NCBI GenBank assembly: GCA_050174015.1
Contig: JBFXKG010000003.1
Span: forward strand, 179,988-243,987
Direction of reading: 5' to 3'
DNA length: 64,000 bases
Source: Candidatus Krumholzibacteriia bacterium
GTDB taxonomy: Bacteria > Krumholzibacteriota > Krumholzibacteriia > LZORAL124-64-63
A model generated the notes under the pieces. The model did not search any database. It was not told the DNA's origin and saw nothing but the letters and a program-made list of their open reading frames with translations. This document shows positions 36,815 through 46,259 of the stretch, one piece after another (the first letter of the stretch is position 1; each line of letters begins with the position of its first letter). The translations under genes were made by a program, and so were the position numbers.

Positions 36815-38086
36815 TCACTCCGGGAGCCCGGAGCGCCAGCTTCCATCGACGCGGAACCGCACCCGGCGGTAGCCCTCGTCGATGAGTTCCTGCACCTCGG
36901 CGCGGGATCCGCCGGTGAGGACCATCACGCCGGCGCGGTCGCCGTGGCTGGCGATGCGCGGCAGGACGTCGCCCGGTCGGCGGGTGATCTCCAGCTTGGC
37001 CAGGCCGGGCCGGGCGCTGAAGTCGGCGGGAACGTCCACCTCGTCGAGGCGGCCGGGCGGGGGGAAGAAGTAGCGGTTGGCGACGACGAGACGGCGGCTC
37101 GGCTGCAGGCGATCCCGGTCCGGTTCCCGGCCCAGGGCCAGGGCGATCACCGCCTCGACGTAGTTCACGCCGGTGCCCAGGGGCACCAGCCCGGCGCTGA
37201 AGTCGCCGCCCGACAGCCGGGCCGCCATCTCGATCATCATCGGGCCGCGCCGGGGGCAGACCACCACGTCGCCCTTGGCCACGCCCGTGGCGATCCCGAG
37301 GGCTGCGGCGGCGCTCTCCACCAGGCGTTCGACCTGGCCCTGCACCGGCGTTCCGGCGAACTGCGAGGGCAGCCAGCCGCCGTTCTCCATGATCTGGGGG
37401 TGGAACACCTCCATGCCCTCGTACAGCCGGTCGGCGAAGCCGGGGGTGACGGCCCGTCCCTGCAAGACCACCGTCTCGGTGGAGATCTGGGGGCCGTCGA
37501 CGAACTCCTCGAGGATGACCCCGCCGGTGCGGGATTCCCTTCTGGCGGTTTCCACCGCGGAGGGCAGGGCGGATTCGTCGCTCAGCACCTGGACCCCGCG
37601 CGACCCCGCGCGGTCGGTGGGCTTGACGATGACGCGGGAGCATTCCCAGGCGCGCCAGCGGTCCCGCGCGTCGGCGGCCGCAGCCACGGCTGCGAACCGC
37701 GGCACGGGCACGCTTCGTTCGGCGAACCGCTCCTTCATGGCCAGCTTGTCGGTGGCCAGGCGGCCGGTCTCGGCGGTGGGCCCGGGCCACCCGTAGCGGG
37801 CCGAGATCGCGGCCAGCAGGTGGGGCACGTCGCTGCCCATGGTCGAGACGCCGGCCAGGTTCTCCCCCGCCCGCCGCCGCTCGTCGATCCAGGCGAAGAC
37901 GGCGTCAAGGTCGCTGAAGTCGATGGCCGCGCCCAGGTCGGCGGCCTGCAGGCCGGGGGCCGCGGGATTGCCGTCGAGGCAGGCCGTGCGCAGACCCATC
38001 CGGCGGGCGGTCCGGATCATGAAGATCTGGTCGGTGCTGCCGCCGAGGACCAGAAGGACGGGCGGGCCGGTTTGCGGGTCCACCAT
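36815..38086 (-). CDS. ATP-grasp domain ligase
   Basis: LVLGG; DKLAMKE; VPVP; IVKPTDRAGSRGV; LEEFVDGPQISTE; IEMAARLSG. Confidence 0.88.
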   Translation of the reverse strand: MVDPQTGPPVLLVLGGSTDQIFMIRTARRMGLRTACLDGNPAAPGLQAADLGAAIDFSDLDAVFAWIDERRRAGENLAGVSTMGSDVPHLLAAISARYGWPGPTAETGRLATDKLAMKERFAERSVPVPRFAAVAAAADARDRWRAWECSRVIVKPTDRAGSRGVQVLSDESALPSAVETARRESRTGGVILEEFVDGPQISTETVVLQGRAVTPGFADRLYEGMEVFHPQIMENGGWLPSQFAGTPVQGQVERLVESAAAALGIATGVAKGDVVVCPRRGPMMIEMAARLSGGDFSAGLVPLGTGVNYVEAVIALALGREPDRDRLQPSRRLVVANRYFFPPPGRLDEVDVPADFSARPGLAKLEITRRPGDVLPRIASHGDRAGVMVLTGGSRAEVQELIDEGYRRVRFRVDGSWRSGLPE

Positions 38087-39369
38087 CACGGCACCAGCAC
38101 CGCGGTCCGGGTGATGCGCCGGTGGTACTCGCGCACGACCTCCAGGGGGACGTTCTCGCCGTTCAGGTAAAGGCAGGTGTCGAACCCGAAGCTGCGGGTC
38201 TTGGCGAAGTCGAGGTTCAGGCGGTCCCAGTCCATGGGCTCGGAGACCAGGCCCCGTTCCAGGGCGAAGTCCCAGTAGGGGGTGCCGGGTATGGGCGTGG
38301 TGAGGTAGAAACCCTCGATCTCCAGGCGGCCGGCGTTGCGCTCGATGAAGGCGGCGGTCTGCTCCAGATCCTCGCGGGTTTCGCCGGGAGTCCCGAGCAT
38401 GAAGGCGGCGCTGATCCCGATCCCGAATTTCCGTCCCAGATCGATGCAACGCTGGTGGTTCTCCACCGACGCCCACCGGCCCTTCATCAGCTTGAGCAGC
38501 CGGTCGCTGCCGGTCTCCGCCCCGAACCGGATGGTGTGGAAGCCCATCCTCTTCGCCGCGGCGAAGGTCTCCTCGTCGGCCAGGTTGCTGGTGATGAAAC
38601 CGTGGAAGCTCATGCGGCCGAGCAGACCCTCGGCGTCCATCAGGCGGACGATCTCGTGGACGCGGCGACGGTCGGCGAAGAAGAGGTCGTCCTGCAAGCG
38701 GATGCTGGCGGCGTCGTACCCTTCCACCAGGTCGTGCAGGTCATCGACGAAGCGCCGGGCGGTGTGCAGGCGCAGCTTACCCCAGTGCCGGCTGGAGGCG
38801 CAGTACCGGCACCTGTAGGCGCAGCCCCGCGAGCTGAACATCATGATGTTGCGGGCCCCACGGGAGATGTTGCGAACCGGCCGGGGCAACGTGTCCATGG
38901 GGATGGGCCGTGGGCGTTCATTGATCGCCACGCCGCTAAGCGGGTCGTGGTAACACAGGCCGGGAATGTTACGCAGAACCTGGGCGGGGAGGTTACCGAG
39001 TTCACGATAACGCCGCACCAGCGCCGCCATGGGCCACTCGCCCTCGCCGATCACCCCGGCGGTGAACTCCGGATCCAGCAGATGAGGTACAGCCGAGATG
39101 TGGTAGCCGCCCAGGACCACGGGGATGCCCAGCTCGTCGACCGCCCGGCGCGCCAGCCGCCGGGCCCCGTTGTAGCACTGGGTCACGCTGCTGATGGCCA
39201 GCAGGTCGGGTTTCCAGGAGAACACATCTTCGGGGGTGGCGGTTATACGGATCTCGATATCAGGTTCTTCCCGCTGCACCCAAGCCGCGACCGAGCCCGC
39301 ACCCAGGGGGAATTGCCGGATGGGCATCTCGTCCTCGGGCAACGAGGCGATGAAGAACATCAGCTTCAC
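38086..39369 (-). CDS. Cobalamin-binding radical SAM protein (class B methyltransferase-like)
   Basis: PLG..SVAA; AISSVT; VLGGYHIS; VIGEGE; SRGCAYRCRYC; QDDLF; GAETGS; FMLGTPGET; PIPGTP. GTGA overlap with the SDR stop. Confidence 0.9.
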   Translation of the reverse strand: MKLMFFIASLPEDEMPIRQFPLGAGSVAAWVQREEPDIEIRITATPEDVFSWKPDLLAISSVTQCYNGARRLARRAVDELGIPVVLGGYHISAVPHLLDPEFTAGVIGEGEWPMAALVRRYRELGNLPAQVLRNIPGLCYHDPLSGVAINERPRPIPMDTLPRPVRNISRGARNIMMFSSRGCAYRCRYCASSRHWGKLRLHTARRFVDDLHDLVEGYDAASIRLQDDLFFADRRRVHEIVRLMDAEGLLGRMSFHGFITSNLADEETFAAAKRMGFHTIRFGAETGSDRLLKLMKGRWASVENHQRCIDLGRKFGIGISAAFMLGTPGETREDLEQTAAFIERNAGRLEIEGFYLTTPIPGTPYWDFALERGLVSEPMDWDRLNLDFAKTRSFGFDTCLYLNGENVPLEVVREYHRRITRTAVLVP

Positions 39370-40112
39370 GGCAGGACCGCTCCGCCGGCCACGCTGATGA
39401 CCTGGCCCGTCACGTAGTTCTGATCGTCGCCGGCGAGGAAGACCGCCGCGCTGGTGACGTCCTGCAGCTCGCCGGGTCGCTTCAGCAGGGTCAGGCCGAC
39501 CACGGCCCGGCCGCCGGGGCCGCGCAGCTCGTCCCGGGTCAGATCGGTCGCGATGATCCCAGGAGCGATGGCGTTGACCAGGATCCCGCACTCGGCTCCG
39601 TAACGCGCCACCGCGGCGGTCAGGCTGATCAGCCCGGCCTTGCTCACGGCGTAGTGCACCGTCTTGGGCCCGTGGTACTGGCCCGCCACCGAGGCGATGT
39701 TGATGATCCGGCCCCCGCCGGCCTTCAGGTATTCCCAGGCCTCCTGGCAGCAGATGAACGGGCCCTTCAGGTTGGTGTCCAGGATCCAGTCCCAGTCCTC
39801 GTCCGTGATCTCGTCGAAGGCGCAGACCTTGTTGACCCCGGCGTTGTTGACCAGGATGTCGATCCGGCCCATCCGGTCGACGGCGACGGCCATCAGGCCG
39901 CGCACCTCCTTGCGCCGGGTCACGTCGGCCTGCAGGGCGATCGCCCGCCGGCCGCAGGCCTCGACCAGCCTGACGGTCTCCAGGGCGGCGCCGGAATCCG
40001 CCCGGTAGCAGACGACGACGTCGCAGCCCTCCTCGGCGAAGCGCAGGGCGATGGCCCGGCCGATGCCGCGGCTGGCCCCGGTGATCACGGCGACCTTGTC
40101 CTTCAAACGCAT
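39366..40112 (-). CDS. Short-chain dehydrogenase/reductase (FabG-like)
   Basis: ITGASRGIG, LVNNAG, NIAS, YAVSK, VNAIAPG, YVTGQ. Confidence 0.92.
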   Translation of the reverse strand: MRLKDKVAVITGASRGIGRAIALRFAEEGCDVVVCYRADSGAALETVRLVEACGRRAIALQADVTRRKEVRGLMAVAVDRMGRIDILVNNAGVNKVCAFDEITDEDWDWILDTNLKGPFICCQEAWEYLKAGGGRIINIASVAGQYHGPKTVHYAVSKAGLISLTAAVARYGAECGILVNAIAPGIIATDLTRDELRGPGGRAVVGLTLLKRPGELQDVTSAAVFLAGDDQNYVTGQVISVAGGAVLP

Positions 40113-40121
40113 GGGTGGCTC

Positions 40122-41327
40122 CTAGTCGTTTCCGGTGGTCGAAAACAGGCCAAGGCAGGGCACGCCGGGGAAGCGGGTGGCCGCCGCGTCCTGGATGTCC
40201 TCGATCAGGGTCCGGTTGCTGACCCCGGCGAGGATCAGTCCGGGCTCCAGGTCGGCGATCTGCGAATCCCCGAGTATCCTTGCCCCCAGCAACGTCTTGC
40301 CCTGTTTCTGGGGATTGCGGTCGTAGACCAGCAGCCCCCCCTGGACGCTGTCGGGAACGTGCTCGAGGACGGTCAGCAGATCGGCGCCGGCGCCCCAGAT
40401 CAGCAGGGGCCGGCCGGCCTTGTCCTGGTCTTGCAGGATGCGGACCAGCCTGCGGGCGGCCGTCTTGCCGCCCAGTTCCTGCCGGGCGAGCTGATCGGTA
40501 AAGAGGGCGCCTCCCTCCAGGCCCGCCGCGGCGATCAGGCAGAGACTGGGATAGCCGCCGACGGCCCGGTCGCTCAGGTGGACGGTGCCCAGGCCGCGCT
40601 CGGCCAGGGCCGCAGTCAACCCTGCCCCGGTGAAGTGATGCAGATGAACCGCGTGGATGTTCAATCCGGTGTGATGGCCGCCGGCCCGGGACAGGATCAG
40701 GCTCGAGGGAACTTCGAGCAGGAGCCAGCCCCGGTGGCCCACGATGCCGGCCAGGTGGTCCAGGAACAGGCTGGGATCCGGAACGTGCTCCAGGACGTGG
40801 CGGCAGATCACGACGTCGAAGGCTCCGGGTTCGATCACGTCGTCGAATTCCAGCTGCTCGAGGGTGCCGCGGACGATGGTCACCCCGGCGGTCTCCTCCG
40901 CCGTGTCGTACTGGTCGGATGGCTCCAGGCCCACCGCCTCCAGACCCCACTGCCGGGCGATCATCCCCAGCAGCACGCCGTTGCCGCAGCCGACCTCCAG
41001 ACACCGCCCGGCGCCGAGCCCGGTGACCGCCTGCAGAAGATCCAGCCGGTCGGCGTAGACGGCCTCCTTGTAGGCCGCCGCGCCGGGCACGTGCCGCTCC
41101 ATGCCGATGGACTTGTAGTAGTTGTCCAGGACGAAGGCCGAGGGCAAGGGATGCTGGGAAACGGTCCCGCACCGGCGGCAGGCCTGATAGGTGGTGGTCC
41201 GGTAGGGGAGCGCCTCGGTGGGGAGGGCGTAGTTCAGATCGGGCACGATCTGGGTGCCGACGGCCCGACGGCCCTCGGCTCCACAGAGCGGGCAGGGGGG
41301 TGTTGCTCCGGCATGGTCGTTGTGCAT
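40122..41327 (-). CDS. Class I SAM-dependent methyltransferase with N-terminal Zn site and C-terminal Rossmann-like domain
   Basis: CPLCG...CRRCG; LEVGCGNG; GLEPS; HVLEHVPDP; EVP; C-terminal IWGAG...DRNPQKQG (sugar C-methyltransferase-like architecture). Confidence 0.85.
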   Translation of the reverse strand: MHNDHAGATPPCPLCGAEGRRAVGTQIVPDLNYALPTEALPYRTTTYQACRRCGTVSQHPLPSAFVLDNYYKSIGMERHVPGAAAYKEAVYADRLDLLQAVTGLGAGRCLEVGCGNGVLLGMIARQWGLEAVGLEPSDQYDTAEETAGVTIVRGTLEQLEFDDVIEPGAFDVVICRHVLEHVPDPSLFLDHLAGIVGHRGWLLLEVPSSLILSRAGGHHTGLNIHAVHLHHFTGAGLTAALAERGLGTVHLSDRAVGGYPSLCLIAAAGLEGGALFTDQLARQELGGKTAARRLVRILQDQDKAGRPLLIWGAGADLLTVLEHVPDSVQGGLLVYDRNPQKQGKTLLGARILGDSQIADLEPGLILAGVSNRTLIEDIQDAAATRFPGVPCLGLFSTTGND

Positions 41328-42622
41328 CAGGCCTCCGCTTCGGGTTCGACGTCGCCGCCGAGGTTGGCCCGGACGCCCTTGGTCAACGCCAGAAGGGCGT
41401 ACAGGGGGGTCCGCTTGCGCAGTTCGCGCACCCGTTCGCCCAGGTCGAACCGTTCCTCCGCCGTGGCCTCGAGCCGGCCGCGCACGAGGGAGGTCAGCGA
41501 ATCGGGCGTCACGTCCCAGGGCCCGAGCCCGGCCTCGGTGCATCCGGCCTGTTCGAGGAAGCCGGTCACCTTGGGCAGGTAGCTGATGGCGCCGAAGGGG
41601 GTGCCGGCTATGGCGCTGAACACCGCGGCGTGCAGCCGCACCGCAAGGGTGGCCCGGGCCGCGCCGTACAGGGCGATCAGGTCGAGGGGATGGTGGCGTT
41701 CCTCGATGACCCGGCACTGCACGCCGGCAGGGGCGGCGGCGGCCAGGCGCCGGGCCAGGATGCGGTCGTCGTCGGTCACGTAGGTGCTCTGGGGGATGAA
41801 CAGGAACGCCGCCTCGTGCTTCATGGCCGCCATCATGCCCAGGATGCCGTCCTCCAGACGCCGCTGAGCCTCCTGGCTGACCGGGCGTGCCAGATCGCGC
41901 AGCCCCAGGGCGATCAGGGGCCGGTCGGGCAGGGGCAGCATCCCCTCCTGCGCGAGGACCTCGCGCGCCCGCAGCGGTCCGGGACTCTCTGCGCCCAGGG
42001 TCGCATCGGGCAGCACGTGGATGTAGGGCATGCGGTCCCCCGGCTTGGACGGCCGGCCGCCCAGGAGGGAGCGGCACAGGCGCGCCGAGTCCAGGTCCCT
42101 CACCGTGATGACCGCCGCGGTCCGCAGCAGACCTTCGGTCAGGTGCCGGCCCAGGGGAGTGCGCAGGGGCCCGATGCTCATGCCGTACAGCATGACCGGC
42201 TTGCGGGCCTGGCTGGCCAGCGATCCGTACAGGGCCATCAGGGGGATGGGCCCCCGCATGTCCCCGATGGTCAGGTCGATCAGGGCGTTGCCCGCGCCCA
42301 GGACAAGCAGGTTGCACGCGGCGATCTCCCGCTTGATGCGTTCGAGGTGGGCGGGATCGTCCCCCTCGTTGAATCCCAGGAACTTGCGGCCACGCGCCTC
42401 CTCGGCGGTGTCGTACTCCAGGTTCTTGACCATGGCGACCCCGTACCGCTCCTCTTCCCACGGGTCCGGATGCCGGGACAGGACCCGGAACCTCAGGTCG
42501 GCGGTGGGCAGGAAGGTGCGCATGCTCTCCATCAGGCAGAGCAGGGGCAGGTCGTCGCCGGCGTTGCGGATGCCGTAGGCGCCGGCGCAGAGGATGGTCA
42601 CGGGACGTCGGGGCAAGGGCAC
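41327..42622 (-). CDS. Polysaccharide pyruvyl transferase family protein (CsaB/WcaK-like)
   Basis: GAYG..NAGDD; GMSIGP; ITVRD..S; PD; RLHAAVFS; ISY.PKV. Start approximate. Confidence 0.88.
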   Translation of the reverse strand: MPLPRRPVTILCAGAYGIRNAGDDLPLLCLMESMRTFLPTADLRFRVLSRHPDPWEEERYGVAMVKNLEYDTAEEARGRKFLGFNEGDDPAHLERIKREIAACNLLVLGAGNALIDLTIGDMRGPIPLMALYGSLASQARKPVMLYGMSIGPLRTPLGRHLTEGLLRTAAVITVRDLDSARLCRSLLGGRPSKPGDRMPYIHVLPDATLGAESPGPLRAREVLAQEGMLPLPDRPLIALGLRDLARPVSQEAQRRLEDGILGMMAAMKHEAAFLFIPQSTYVTDDDRILARRLAAAAPAGVQCRVIEERHHPLDLIALYGAARATLAVRLHAAVFSAIAGTPFGAISYLPKVTGFLEQAGCTEAGLGPWDVTPDSLTSLVRGRLEATAEERFDLGERVRELRKRTPLYALLALTKGVRANLGGDVEPEAEA

Positions 42623-42669
42623 CTCTTCGTTGGGGGCATGTCGACACGGGCACGATACCACAGGGAAGG

Positions 42670-42698
42670 TTGCTTGGCAGCTTTCAACTCGGTACACT
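42670..42698 (+). promoter_or_regulatory. Sigma-70-type promoter for the 42735 gene
   Basis: TTGCTT-N17-TACACT. Confidence 0.55.
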
Positions 42699-42734
42699 TA
42701 AGGACATCGGAGTTCCATTTGAAGGGATATCCCC

Positions 42735-45230
42735 ATGCGGTTCAAAGTCTACTTCACCTTGGCCAGCCTGATCCTCCTGCCCAGATTGGAGGTTGCGAGT
42801 GGGCAGATCATGTCCCTGGAGCCGGGATCTGGAGAACCCCATTCCTGCGTGATCAGCAGGGTTGCGGTTGTCCAGGGGGATGGGGTCCAGGATCTGATCT
42901 TCCGCTTCGCCGGAAGCTACTTCGGCCGGGCGGGTCTGCTGCTGGAAGTGCCTGCAGGAACGGAATTCTCGACTCTCGATCCGGCGTTCTTCTGGAATCT
43001 GATCGAAAACCTGGGTGACGAAGACCTGGAACATATCTGGGACCCCATTTCCTTCAAATCGGGTATCCACGCGGATTGGATGTACCCCGCCGATTACCCG
43101 GAAGCTTCTATCTCCATCATGGACCAGCGAATATTGGGGCCATTCCAACAGGGTGAACTGGATCGTTGGATCGGCGGCAAGGGGTTGGAATTTTCCGAGG
43201 AAGATAGGCAATCAATCCGGTCCCGTCTGGCTTCAGGAGCGTCATTCCTGGCCATGGAATTGTCCCATGTCCCCAATATTCCCCAATGCTATCCCCATGA
43301 CCATGGGCTTTCCGAAGTCATCCGCCTTCGATTCCTATCCAGCCGGCCGAAGATACCCTTGCAATTGTCCAGTAGCCTTTATGGAATCCCTTATCAGACC
43401 CACCTATTCGTTTTTTCCCGCGAACCCATCATACCCTCCCGCTTGCCGGACTGGGTGCTTCCCGTCCGGATCTTCGGGCCTGGAAGTGCAGCCAAGGTGT
43501 TCCTGCCGGCAAAAGGATGGCGTGGCCCGGATCCGCAATTGACCCAAGGGATCGGGAAGGATCTCGAAGGAGACCCCCTCTATCCCTGGCTTTGCCCTGA
43601 TTACACGAGCCTGGTGGTCCTGAGGATGGCGGAAATGCATCCTGCCGAGGCGGACACCTTCTCGTGGTCGGAGAACGCCTGGGAGGAATTCGACCCGGCC
43701 GTAGGTTTGTGGTCGGATTCCGTGAGAATCAGGGCGGCTGCGGCGGGGATGCTTGGAGCCTCGGGCAATGAGGCGGACCTGGATACCTTGCGCCGGTTTC
43801 TCGCAGTCTGGCCCGAGGTGGATGCTTCGATTGCGGCGGCGATCCATGCGATGGACCTTGCGGCCGCGGAGGAGAGGGACGGGGAGATCCTCAGGTGGTC
43901 GGGATCGACCGCCTGGGTGATCCACCGTGCCATGTTCGGATTCTATTTCCATCATCCTGATCAGTTGACGTGTCCGGTCATCATGACCTTGATGTCGACC
44001 TGGACCCACCTGGACCCCACCCTGCCTGGGAGACCCAGTCCCAGGGTGGGGGAAGGGGCAGCCCTGCTGGAGATACGGAAGGATCTGGGTTGCTTCCCGG
44101 AATTGGCCGCCTGGTGTGATGATTTGGAATCCGCTCTGGATCAGGAGGTGAGGGATCCCACAGGCGAGGCCGCGGACCGGTTTCGGGTCATGAAGTACAA
44201 CACAGACCAGGATCCCCGCTGGCGCAGACTCCTGTTTGCACTCGTCGGGGATCCGGATTCGGTGAAGTCGATGAACCGGGAATTCGCCCGCAGGCCCATG
44301 AAAGCTCCGGGATACCTGGAATGGGATGGCAGAATCCTGCCGACCTGGGCGGAGGGCTGGATGGTGGAGGAACCACGGAAAATCATCGGTGGGGATCTCG
44401 GGACTGGGCTGGGGTTCAGCCCGCTTTTTTGTTCGGTCGACGGTCTTGTGGACCCCCTTTTCTTCCGGGGTTTGAGTCAATCCCTGGTCCATGGTTTCCT
44501 TGCCGATGAACACCTTTCTACCGAAAAAAAATTCCTCGCCCTGACCTTGCTCCCTCACCTGGACCCGGTGGAGAAGGAGATTTTGAAAGCGATCTGGCGG
44601 GAAAGGAAGCAAGGGCTGGGCATCCAGCGTTCAGATATGGGGCCCGTGCATTACGACAGGATGGCTCTGGATTGCCTGCGTTTGTTCGCCAGAGAAGGCA
44701 TGACCGCTGAGCTCAGGGAGGCCCACAAGGAATTCAGGGGGCAGGACACCTTCCTGGAGGGGTTCATCACCATGATCATGGCTGCGACGGAGGACCCGGG
44801 GTACCGGCCGGAAATCGGACAATACATCCGAAAAGTCTGGTTTCCCGCCAGCCTGGAATGGGGGAAACGTTCCTTCTTGTCCAACCGGGGCCTCAGGTCG
44901 GACGGGTTGCCTGAGCCGACTTTTTTGCTGAAGATCGATCGGAAGGATTTCACCGCCTATATCTTCTCCTATTCCCATTTCGTCGGTGGGGAAAGCTTCC
45001 TTTCGGAGCTCCTGAAGGAACCCGACCAGCATCCCCTCCTGACGCTGAAATGGGCAAATCGTTTGATTTGGCTTGCAGGGGACGACACCAACCGACTGTC
45101 TTTCGTGGAATCCACCATCGATTCCCTGGCTCTCGTACCCGGTATCGGGAAGGAGCTGCCCGATGGGATGCTCGAATCCTTCAAAAAGATGATCGCAGAA
45201 TTCCGAGAGCACGCACCATGTAGGCATTGA
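42735..45230 (+). CDS. Large hypothetical protein with DUF2330-like N-terminal region and helical C-terminal region; atypical composition
   Basis: 831-aa ORF with signal-like N-terminus; GLLLEVP...FF.NL...LDRW..G..F...SFLAMEL...IRLRF...PKIPLQLS resembles DUF2330; many A/T-ending codons. Confidence 0.6.
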   Translation: MRFKVYFTLASLILLPRLEVASGQIMSLEPGSGEPHSCVISRVAVVQGDGVQDLIFRFAGSYFGRAGLLLEVPAGTEFSTLDPAFFWNLIENLGDEDLEHIWDPISFKSGIHADWMYPADYPEASISIMDQRILGPFQQGELDRWIGGKGLEFSEEDRQSIRSRLASGASFLAMELSHVPNIPQCYPHDHGLSEVIRLRFLSSRPKIPLQLSSSLYGIPYQTHLFVFSREPIIPSRLPDWVLPVRIFGPGSAAKVFLPAKGWRGPDPQLTQGIGKDLEGDPLYPWLCPDYTSLVVLRMAEMHPAEADTFSWSENAWEEFDPAVGLWSDSVRIRAAAAGMLGASGNEADLDTLRRFLAVWPEVDASIAAAIHAMDLAAAEERDGEILRWSGSTAWVIHRAMFGFYFHHPDQLTCPVIMTLMSTWTHLDPTLPGRPSPRVGEGAALLEIRKDLGCFPELAAWCDDLESALDQEVRDPTGEAADRFRVMKYNTDQDPRWRRLLFALVGDPDSVKSMNREFARRPMKAPGYLEWDGRILPTWAEGWMVEEPRKIIGGDLGTGLGFSPLFCSVDGLVDPLFFRGLSQSLVHGFLADEHLSTEKKFLALTLLPHLDPVEKEILKAIWRERKQGLGIQRSDMGPVHYDRMALDCLRLFAREGMTAELREAHKEFRGQDTFLEGFITMIMAATEDPGYRPEIGQYIRKVWFPASLEWGKRSFLSNRGLRSDGLPEPTFLLKIDRKDFTAYIFSYSHFVGGESFLSELLKEPDQHPLLTLKWANRLIWLAGDDTNRLSFVESTIDSLALVPGIGKELPDGMLESFKKMIAEFREHAPCRH

Positions 45231-45318
45231 CCCCCAAGCCCTCTTGACGGATTCGCTCCCGCCCGACAGGATGGTCCCGGACACCTCACGACCGGATCAG
45301 GCATCCCGAAAGGTCACC

Positions 45319-46242
45319 ATGCCCGCCAAGCTGCACACCTGGAACGGCCACTCGGGCCCGGTGCTCGCCGAGCGCCACGGCGGCACCGTCATCGACTGCG
45401 AGGTTTGCGGCTACAAGCACGCCGTGCCCCTGCCCGACCCCGAGGCGGTAAAGAAGTTCTACGCCGAGGAATTCTTCGGCGGCTTCCACCAGGATTACAT
45501 CGCGGGCCAGCGCAAGGATCTGCCCTGGTGGCGGCTGGAGTTCGCCGCCAAGTACCGCCTCCTCGCCGGCCTGTTGCCGCCGGACCGCCGCCGCCTGCTC
45601 GACGTGGGCTCGGGCGCGGGCTGGTTCCTCCAGTTCGGCGCCGAGCAGGGCTGGGACACCCTCGGCGTCGAGCCCTCCCGGGCGGCCTGCGCCCACGCCC
45701 GCGACGCCCTGGGTTGCACCGTCGTCGAGGGGTTCTTCGAACCGGGGGCGATCGCGGGGCTCGATCCGGTCGACGTCGTCCACCTGAACAACGTGCTGGA
45801 ACACGTGCCCGATCCGGGGGCGTTCCTGGAGACGGCGCGGGGGGCCCTGGCCCTCGGGGGGCTCATCTGCATCACCGCGCCCAACGATTTCAATCCCCTG
45901 CAGGAGGCCCTGATCGACCTGAGGGGCCACGAGCCCTGGTGGGTCGATCCCCGCGAGCACGTGAACTACTTCGACGGACCTTCGCTGGAGGCCCTGTTGC
46001 AGCGCCACGGCTTCGCGGCCCGCCGCCGGCTGGCCAGCTTCCCCCTGGAGCTGTTCGCCCTGATGGGCGAGGACTACCTGGCCGATCCCGATCTGGGCCG
46101 GGTCATCCACGGCCGGCGCAAGGCGCTGGAGTTCGCCCTGCACGAGGCGGGCAAGGCCGACCTGCTGGCCGGGATGTACGGCAAGCTGGGGGAACTGGGC
46201 CTGGGCAGGACGCTGACGGTGATCGCGGAGAGACTGGACTGA
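45319..46242 (+). CDS. Class I SAM-dependent methyltransferase (glycan-cluster type)
   Basis: VIDCEVCGYKH; LLDVGSGAG; GVEPS; NVLEHVPDP; APNDFNPLQ; HVNYF. Confidence 0.88.
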   Translation: MPAKLHTWNGHSGPVLAERHGGTVIDCEVCGYKHAVPLPDPEAVKKFYAEEFFGGFHQDYIAGQRKDLPWWRLEFAAKYRLLAGLLPPDRRRLLDVGSGAGWFLQFGAEQGWDTLGVEPSRAACAHARDALGCTVVEGFFEPGAIAGLDPVDVVHLNNVLEHVPDPGAFLETARGALALGGLICITAPNDFNPLQEALIDLRGHEPWWVDPREHVNYFDGPSLEALLQRHGFAARRRLASFPLELFALMGEDYLADPDLGRVIHGRRKALEFALHEAGKADLLAGMYGKLGELGLGRTLTVIAERLD

Positions 46243-46259
46243 AGACCGAGGAGACGACC

